A stretch of DNA of 54,991 nt from an uncultured Rhodopirellula sp. (GTDB taxonomy: Bacteria; Planctomycetota; Planctomycetia; Pirellulales; Pirellulaceae), in contig CAXGAI010000012.1 in assembly GCA_964007735.1 (NCBI GenBank), positions 62,001 to 116,991 of the forward strand, written 5' to 3'. How positions within the stretch are numbered: the stretch's first letter is position 1; each line of letters begins with the position of its first letter. The notes below the pieces were generated by a model. The model saw nothing but the letters and a program-made list of their open reading frames with translations. It made no database searches and was not told the DNA's origin. The position numbers were made by a program, and so were the translations under genes. Of this stretch, positions 48,818-54,991 are shown one piece after another.

Positions 48818-50428
48818 ATGGACAGGATAAGAAAATTATTGGTTTGCTCGATAATATTTTCCTTGGCGTCACTGGTGGGGGAATCAGGATTAGCGGAGGA
48901 TCCCCTATCTTTTCGGACAATGACATGGAATATCTGGCATGGCGGTCGCGAGGATGGTGAGAAAATGGGGCCACAACGTGTCGTGGACGTTATCCGGCAA
49001 AGCAAAGCTGATATCGTTGCTATGCAGGAAACGTATGGTTCTGGAGAGTGGATCAGTGAACAGCTTGGGTTTCACTTTCACCCCCGCGGTACCAACGTCT
49101 CAATTCATAGCCGCTATCCGGTGCTTGAAGATATTTCGGTGTTTGAAAAATTCAAATGCGTCGGCGCTTTATTGGAATTACCAGAAGATCGCAAGCTTGC
49201 TTTCTATTCAATTTGGTTGCCCTACAACAAAGAAATCTGGGTGGAAGGCACCCGGGATGTTAATGATTTAGAGGCGATGAAATACGCCTGTGATGCTTCC
49301 CGCGAAGATCTGGAAAAAATGTGGGCATTAATTCAACAACGACTCAGTGATCCTAAGTATGCAGGAATTCCGATCGTGATAGCAGGCGATTTTAATAGCA
49401 TGTCTCATCTCGACTATATAAAGCCATTCCGAAATCAGTTTGATGGCGTGGTAATCGACTGGCCCACCAGTCATATCCTGAGTGATGCCGGGTTTCGGGA
49501 TGCATGGCGTGAGCTTCATCCTGAAGTCGATCGCCAGAAAGATCGGACCTGGACACCACGCTTTCCTAAACAACAACAGGATCGCATTGATTTTATCTAT
49601 TATCGTGGTTCCCGACTGGAAGCCCGGGATGCTGTTGTTATCGACGAACATGTTCAAAAATTTCCCTCCGACCATGCCGCGTTGGTTACCGAGTTCTCCT
49701 GGATCGAACCAACACCATCGCAGAAGCTGCGTTTGGTCTCCTACAATATTAAGCACGGATTGGGTAACGATGGTCGCCTCGATCTGGAACGTACTGCGGC
49801 ATTGTTGAATAATCTGCGCGCCGATTTCATTGGCTTGCAAGAAGTTGACAACAAGGTGAAACGTAGCGGTGTGGTCGACCAGGCTCAAACTCTCGGCAAG
49901 TCTTTGAGAATGCATTCCGCCTTTGGCTCCTTCATGGATTATCAAGGGGGTAAGTATGGATTGGGAATTCTTTCGAAGCATCCGATTCTGGCAGCAAATG
50001 AGATTAAACTACCCACGGGAAATGAACCACGCGTGGCGCTGGCCTGTAAGATACAACTACCCGATCGTCGAGAAATAATGGTGGTTAACTTACATTTCGA
50101 TTGGGTTGAAGATGATAAGTTTCGATTTCAACAAGCAAAAGAACTGGCTAAATATTTGGATACCCTGACTCTGCCATATGTGTTGATGGGTGACTTCAAT
50201 GATCAACCTCAATCTCGTACATTGGATTTGCTTTCAAGAGGTACGATGGCCGCCGTCAAACCAAGACAGGATCGGTTCACTTTTCCTTCGATGAAGCCCA
50301 CAATCGAAATCGATTTCATTTTTGCTGCCCCTCGGGAAGACTGGCAATTGAATTTCAGTCGCGTCTTGAATGGTAAAGTAACATCCGATCATCGACCGAT
50401 TTTGGCCGTCGTTGAACTGCAGCCCTGA
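48818..50428 (+). CDS. secreted endonuclease/exonuclease/phosphatase (EEP) family protein with two tandem EEP domains
   Basis: Domain 1: TWNIW, MQE, AGDFN, DRIDFI, SDH. Domain 2: SYNIKH, LQEVD, MGDFN, EIDFI, SDH. Signal peptide present. Confidence 0.9.
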   Translation: MDRIRKLLVCSIIFSLASLVGESGLAEDPLSFRTMTWNIWHGGREDGEKMGPQRVVDVIRQSKADIVAMQETYGSGEWISEQLGFHFHPRGTNVSIHSRYPVLEDISVFEKFKCVGALLELPEDRKLAFYSIWLPYNKEIWVEGTRDVNDLEAMKYACDASREDLEKMWALIQQRLSDPKYAGIPIVIAGDFNSMSHLDYIKPFRNQFDGVVIDWPTSHILSDAGFRDAWRELHPEVDRQKDRTWTPRFPKQQQDRIDFIYYRGSRLEARDAVVIDEHVQKFPSDHAALVTEFSWIEPTPSQKLRLVSYNIKHGLGNDGRLDLERTAALLNNLRADFIGLQEVDNKVKRSGVVDQAQTLGKSLRMHSAFGSFMDYQGGKYGLGILSKHPILAANEIKLPTGNEPRVALACKIQLPDRREIMVVNLHFDWVEDDKFRFQQAKELAKYLDTLTLPYVLMGDFNDQPQSRTLDLLSRGTMAAVKPRQDRFTFPSMKPTIEIDFIFAAPREDWQLNFSRVLNGKVTSDHRPILAVVELQP

Positions 50429-50640
50429 TTAGGTGGTCGGAGTACACAGAATTCTAGCCAGCGGTGATCAGGCTGGCCATTGATGGCTTTCTAAGAACCC
50501 CTCAAATTGAAATACTGAATTGAAAAGCAGGCCTCTCAGTCGCCTAGGCCGCTTGGAAAAGAGCATGACTTTGGTGCTGATAAGAAGAGCTGCGTCTCTT
50601 ATATTTGTTGGTAAATCATAGAAAATACTAGATTTCAACC

Positions 50641-50671
50641 TTTACTCCGTACTTTGGTACGGAGTTATAAT
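50641..50671 (+). promoter_or_regulatory. MerR-type promoter/operator
   Basis: -35 TTTACT (50641-46), 19-bp spacer, -10 TATAAT (50666-71). Perfect dyad ACTCCGTAC-tttg-GTACGGAGT (50644-50665), closely resembling the Tn501/Tn21 mer operator TCCGTAC-N4-GTACGGA. Confidence 0.92.
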
Positions 50672-50677
50672 TTTGGC

Positions 50678-51130
50678 ATGGAACAAAAATTGCAAGAACG
50701 AATGACGATCGGTGTTCTGGCCAAAGAGGCCGGGGTTGGAGTGGAAACGATCCGTTTTTATCAGAGGAAGGGTCTGCTCAAGATCCCCGATCGAACCTCG
50801 GGTTTTCGAAAGTACACTCCATCCGATCTGCGGCAGATTAGGTTTATCAAAAGAGTTCAGGAACTTGGCTTTACGCTTAAAGACGCGGAATCTCTCCTGG
50901 AGATTACTTTTTGTTCCCCCAAGACTCGGCCTCTTCTTGAAAAGGTTTGTAACGAGAAGATCGAGGAAATTGAAAAGAAAATAGCAGATTTGAACGGCAT
51001 GTTGGGTGAACTACGCCAGTTTCACCAATCATGTGGTTGTGAATCGTCGAATACTATCCAATGCAGTCTTCTTGAATGTTTTGAAAACGAATGGGAATGC
51101 TGCGAGAACTCTAATGGGAGAAAGAAATGA
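50678..51130 (+). CDS. merR: MerR-family metal-responsive transcriptional regulator (150 aa, 8 Cys)
   Basis: TIGVLAKEAGVGVETIRFYQRKGLL is nearly identical to the Hg-MerR N-terminus; LGFTL; metal loop C119-x-C121...C129 plus C134 and C141-C142. Symbol denotes the family, since metal specificity is unproven. Confidence 0.9.
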   Translation: MEQKLQERMTIGVLAKEAGVGVETIRFYQRKGLLKIPDRTSGFRKYTPSDLRQIRFIKRVQELGFTLKDAESLLEITFCSPKTRPLLEKVCNEKIEEIEKKIADLNGMLGELRQFHQSCGCESSNTIQCSLLECFENEWECCENSNGRKK

Positions 51131-51264
51131 AAGATTCTTGTGAATGCTGTAATAAGGGCAAATGCGTATGTAACACCACGGCATGTAACTGCTGTTGTGG
51201 ATCTGAATCCTGTGGCTGTAGTTCGCCGTGTGTCTGTGGCGATTGCTGCACCTCATGTTGCTAA
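51127..51264 (+). CDS. putative metallothionein, 45 aa with 17 Cys (not in ORF track)
   Basis: Read directly: MKDSCECCNKGKCVCNTTACNCCCGSESCGCSSPCVCGDCCTSCC. ATGA overlap with the merR stop, GGGAG SD upstream, CxC/CC/CCC motifs, no His or aromatic residues. Confidence 0.85.
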   Translation: MKDSCECCNKGKCVCNTTACNCCCGSESCGCSSPCVCGDCCTSCC

Positions 51265-51388
51265 CAAAAAGCAAAACGTTTGCTAATTGAAGAGCGACAA
51301 CCGGAAAGAATTTAGGTCGGGACGAGCGTGGCCGGTTCCAATGATTCTAGATTCAAATAATTATTTAGTTCCGCCCATTGGGCGATCG

Positions 51389-51422
51389 AAACAGCGTGGG
51401 AGATCCCTCACGCTGTTTTTTT
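51389..51422 (+). terminator. intrinsic terminator closing the merR-metallothionein unit
   Basis: Stem AAACAGCGTGGG-agatcc-CTCACGCTGTTT followed by a T7 run (51416-51422). Confidence 0.75.
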
Positions 51423-51519
51423 AGTTGCGTTGGTTCTGTGATCTGTGTCGAGCTAGATGAAGAGACGCTTTGCATACCTACAGAATCAATGGTCTCTTTT
51501 GGATGACACGTAGAGATAA

Positions 51520-52074
51520 CTATAGTTCTGCCACGGTACGATAGACCCACCGAGACATTACTCGAAAGTTGGTAAACATAAACCAAAGGCCCTGTCCCGC
51601 TTTCCATCCGGGATAGGCCAATACGATCGCAAGACCGGCCAGCATCACTTCATTCTCAGCAAAAGCTCCCACAACTAAGATGAAAGGCATACCAAGGATA
51701 CTGACCAACAGGAGAATTCCGTTGCAGTAGAAAAACATTGTCAAACACCATAAAAATATAAACTGGACTGTTTTACTACCCTGAAGAAGCAAAAATACAA
51801 CTAACAAAGATGTGACGACGCAGGCGACAAGAACGACGATTAGAATAAACGTAATAACTAGAAAAAAAATGTCTCGCTCGCCGGTCAGATCTACCTCACC
51901 GGTATTTAAGAAGAGTAACAACTGCTCTAAAAGTATTTCCGGGATGCCCATAATTGCACCGCCGATGGCCGCCAATAAACCAAAAACAAATCCGTAACGC
52001 AGGATAATTGACCATGGCAGCGACAATACGTTATGCAGATCTCTTTTAAAGTCGATTTCCAAATGTTTTTCCAT
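51520..52074 (-). CDS. hypothetical membrane protein (~4 TM)
   Basis: Highly hydrophobic 184-aa ORF with ATG start; no recognised motif. Confidence 0.6.
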   Translation of the reverse strand: MEKHLEIDFKRDLHNVLSLPWSIILRYGFVFGLLAAIGGAIMGIPEILLEQLLLFLNTGEVDLTGERDIFFLVITFILIVVLVACVVTSLLVVFLLLQGSKTVQFIFLWCLTMFFYCNGILLLVSILGMPFILVVGAFAENEVMLAGLAIVLAYPGWKAGQGLWFMFTNFRVMSRWVYRTVAEL

Positions 52075-52398
52075 TGGTCAACTCGCAGATGAGGGTAACA
52101 AACTGCGTTGATTACCATGTTTACGATTTAAGTCTCTTTTTATAAAGATGTATTTCTTAGACAGTTCAAGGCGCAATTAATCTTCGGGCTGATCGCTACC
52201 GCGTGTTTCTGGAAACTGTCGACCGAAGACGAAAGCAACCAGCAATCCAGTCAAAAACAATTTCGTTTGGTGGCGACTCTCGACTATGATCAGAATTACC
52301 TCAATAATAACGGGAGAAAATATACATGCGGAATTGGTGAATTTACTAGCTTCGCTCCCACACTGCTATCACTATCTCACACATTGGATTTCATCATC

Positions 52399-53280
52399 AT
52401 GAAAAACCAACCACGCCGTCAATTTCTTAAAGAATCAATGACCGCTACTGTCGGAATGGGTTGTCTTCCATTTTTTGCCAACACATCCTATGCTCGCAAC
52501 AAGACCGCCAAAGGGATGAAATTTGGCTTGGTAACCTACCTTTGGGGCAAGGACATGGATCTTCCCACCTTGTTGGATGTCTGTGAGAAATCCGGAGTCC
52601 TGGGTGTCGAATTACGCACCCAACATGCTCACGGTGTTGAGCCCGTATTATCAAAAGTACAGAGAGCGGAGGTTAGGAAACGCTTCGCAGATAGCCCCGT
52701 AGAATTGGTAGGTTACGGATCTAACGCTCAATACCACGAAAACGACCCAGCCAAGCTCAAAGCCAATATCGCTTTGACCAAAGATTACCTACGCTTGATG
52801 CATGATTGTGGTGGCAGTGGCGTTAAAGTCAAACCGAATGGGTTTGTGAACGACGTTCCCAGAGAAAAGACCATCGAACAAATTGGCTTGGCCTTAAATG
52901 AAGTCGCAAAATTCGGGGAGGATCTTGGACAACAAATTCGCGTGGAAGTTCATGGACGCGGGACAAGTGAACTGCCTGTGGTACGCGACATCTTCAAAGT
53001 TGCCACGCACCCCAACGCCACGGTTTGTTGGAACTCCAATGATGTTGATCTCGAAGGTGCCGGACTGGATGAGAATTTTGACATGGTTAAGAATCGATTT
53101 GGTGGCACCGTTCACATCCGGGAGTTGAATGTAGGTAATTATCCTTATGCAGCGTTGATGAAAAAGTTCAACGAGATGGACTATCAAGGATGGATTTTAC
53201 TGGAAGCACGAACCAACCCCACCGACAAAATCGCCGCATTGATCGAGCAACGAAAGATCTTTGAACGAATGGCATCCTGA
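52399..53280 (+). CDS. Tat-exported sugar phosphate isomerase/epimerase (TIM barrel)
   Basis: Tat motif PRRQFLK after ATG 52399, GLVTYLWG, GVELRT, RVEVHG, VCWNSN and GWILLE. Confidence 0.85.
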   Translation: MKNQPRRQFLKESMTATVGMGCLPFFANTSYARNKTAKGMKFGLVTYLWGKDMDLPTLLDVCEKSGVLGVELRTQHAHGVEPVLSKVQRAEVRKRFADSPVELVGYGSNAQYHENDPAKLKANIALTKDYLRLMHDCGGSGVKVKPNGFVNDVPREKTIEQIGLALNEVAKFGEDLGQQIRVEVHGRGTSELPVVRDIFKVATHPNATVCWNSNDVDLEGAGLDENFDMVKNRFGGTVHIRELNVGNYPYAALMKKFNEMDYQGWILLEARTNPTDKIAALIEQRKIFERMAS

Positions 53281-53345
53281 TTACTATTTTGTACTCTAGG
53301 CTCTGTCCGGTTGGCCAGGACAAACCAACGGTGCAAGATACACGG

Positions 53346-54719
53346 TTAAAATTCCAGTGTCATTTGCGTATAAAAGAATCTGGCATCGCCGGAATGGGGG
53401 ACGCCGGCGGTTGTTCGGTAGTAAGCACCCGCAAAGAAGTGTGAATATCCGAGCTGAAATTTCATACGCTCGCTGAACGTTAAAGTTGCCAGTAAGTCAA
53501 TTTCATGCCCCAAATCACTACTGCCTGACGTATTTGATCCCAGCCCTGCGAAGGGGGTCATGTTCGTGTTGTAGGGAACATCCGCACTATTGGCGAGACT
53601 GAAATAATGATAGTGAACTCTCAATTCGAGTGATTCTGTTGGTTGGCAATTCCAACGTATGTTGAAGTCATTCAGATTTCGTCGGCCATATAGGTCCATG
53701 TAGCCAAGGTGACGATGGGCTCGTGGGAAGTAGTGATGCCATCCATTTCCCGGAGTATCACTACCTGAGGCCCATTCATAGTAAACCCATAATTGGCCCC
53801 CAAACCGACCTTCTAACTCGGTTCCTAGACCCACGACAGCTAAGCCAGCCAGATGGTCTGTTTGATCAGGATTCCTACCAAGTTGAACACCTCCTTCAAA
53901 CTCGTAAAGCAAATTATCGCGAGTTCCCTTTAGGTGGGATCCGAGTGTATCATATCGAGCACCGGTACCAGAGAGTTCCAGTGTTAACCAGTAAAAATCT
54001 CGCGTGATCCCTTCCTTCACTTTCTGTTGAGCATTGATTCCATAAAGGCAGGTATCATAATTCGTCTGATTGAAAGCCTGAGGTTGCATTGACAAGGTAT
54101 GAAGATAGTATGCCTCGAAGTCAAATTGCTCGCTTTGAAGAGAAACCTGCAAGCCATCAAATGCCCGGCGGGTATTGGCCCATTCTCCCATGCCCGCAAA
54201 ACGTGTTGCCCCAATATCTAGTGATCTTCTACCCACCTTGGCCTGCAATCGATCGTTGATTGCAATATCAGCGTAGGCTTGATGAAGATCCAGGCGATCC
54301 ACTTCATTACCTCGGGATGGGAAATTTTCCAAAGTGCTTTCGGCATCCAGAAGCTCAACGTACAAATTAAGATGCTCGTTAAAGGTCGTATCCATCCACA
54401 GTCTTGTACGGTAGAGCAAAAAGTCATCATCGGTACCGGTTAGCCCGAGAGCATTGGTTAAACCCGGCGAGGGGCGGTGATTGTTTTCATGATGGTAACG
54501 CATACGGAATTCACCGCCGAATTCAAAATTCCGGATCGTTGCGTTAGGATCCCGGAAGTCATCTGGCAGAGAACTCATGTCCAGTGAAACTGGTGTGGCG
54601 TCGAGAGCCTTAAAAACAACGTTTTCTGGTTCGCTGGAACGTTCCTGTGCCTGGCAGGGAAGCGACACGCAGATCGTTAGCATCAATACGTTTTTTAGTG
54701 TTTTTTGAAAGTAGTACAT
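53346..54719 (-). CDS. alginate export family outer-membrane beta-barrel porin
   Basis: Signal peptide, GGEFRMRY, LYRTRL, DLHQAY, RRAFDG, DLGHEIDL and a terminal Phe (MTLEF). Confidence 0.85.
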   Translation of the reverse strand: MYYFQKTLKNVLMLTICVSLPCQAQERSSEPENVVFKALDATPVSLDMSSLPDDFRDPNATIRNFEFGGEFRMRYHHENNHRPSPGLTNALGLTGTDDDFLLYRTRLWMDTTFNEHLNLYVELLDAESTLENFPSRGNEVDRLDLHQAYADIAINDRLQAKVGRRSLDIGATRFAGMGEWANTRRAFDGLQVSLQSEQFDFEAYYLHTLSMQPQAFNQTNYDTCLYGINAQQKVKEGITRDFYWLTLELSGTGARYDTLGSHLKGTRDNLLYEFEGGVQLGRNPDQTDHLAGLAVVGLGTELEGRFGGQLWVYYEWASGSDTPGNGWHHYFPRAHRHLGYMDLYGRRNLNDFNIRWNCQPTESLELRVHYHYFSLANSADVPYNTNMTPFAGLGSNTSGSSDLGHEIDLLATLTFSERMKFQLGYSHFFAGAYYRTTAGVPHSGDARFFYTQMTLEF

Positions 54720-54991
54720 GGATAAAGCTTTCTCCTATCTCTAGATATCGGTTTTCCGAGCCTATAAGTTGATATGGAGAAAAGCCTTCTCAAAGAAGAA
54801 ATCGAAATTGCATCAATAAGATCTTCACTTGAATGTTCGTGTCCTAACGGTGAATGTGGCTTTTGGTAATATGGCGTGTGAGTAGTTGACCTCTGTGCTG
54901 GTTAGCCTAGTGTAAGTTCGTTGGAGCAAAATGATCCTAAGTTTAACTACAATGATTCACGTTGGTTTTTCAGGACGAAGGATGTCTTGTG

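Noticed and set aside
50430..52074. Classical mer operon or mer transposon
   Set aside because: No merT, merP, merA, merB, transposase or resolvase is present near merR in this window.

Overview
Bacterial chromosomal segment, most likely from a planctomycete (Pirellulales-like). This is inferred from a LEARCLLA 'planctomycete extracellular' motif adhesin, several Tat-exported TIM-barrel isomerases, a PQQ-like propeller and a PmoA-like/DUF6807 protein. The left ~38 kb is mostly housekeeping: ahcY 3' end, trpF, acs, polX, pcrA/uvrD, mfd, a PPIase, gltA, a CCA-adding enzyme and iaaA. The right ~16 kb is a mixed-orientation accessory region. Best candidate for an undescribed system: a compact metal-response operon at 50641-51422. 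It has a textbook MerR-type promoter (19-bp spacer carrying the ACTCCGTAC-N4-GTACGGAGT dyad), an apparently leaderless Cys-rich MerR regulator, a translationally coupled 45-aa, 17-Cys, His-free metallothionein-like ORF missed by the ORF track, and an intrinsic terminator, with no merA/merTP or efflux pump. Other highlights: a ~280-nt densely structured, pseudoknotted candidate RNA at 13224-13505; two parS sites directly upstream of a ParB-fold DUF1015 gene; a stand-alone RNA polymerase alpha-CTD gene divergent from pcrA/uvrD and near mfd; and a structured leader before a DEAD-box helicase. No tRNA, rRNA, CRISPR array or transposase was recognised. All calls were made by eye with no database searches.
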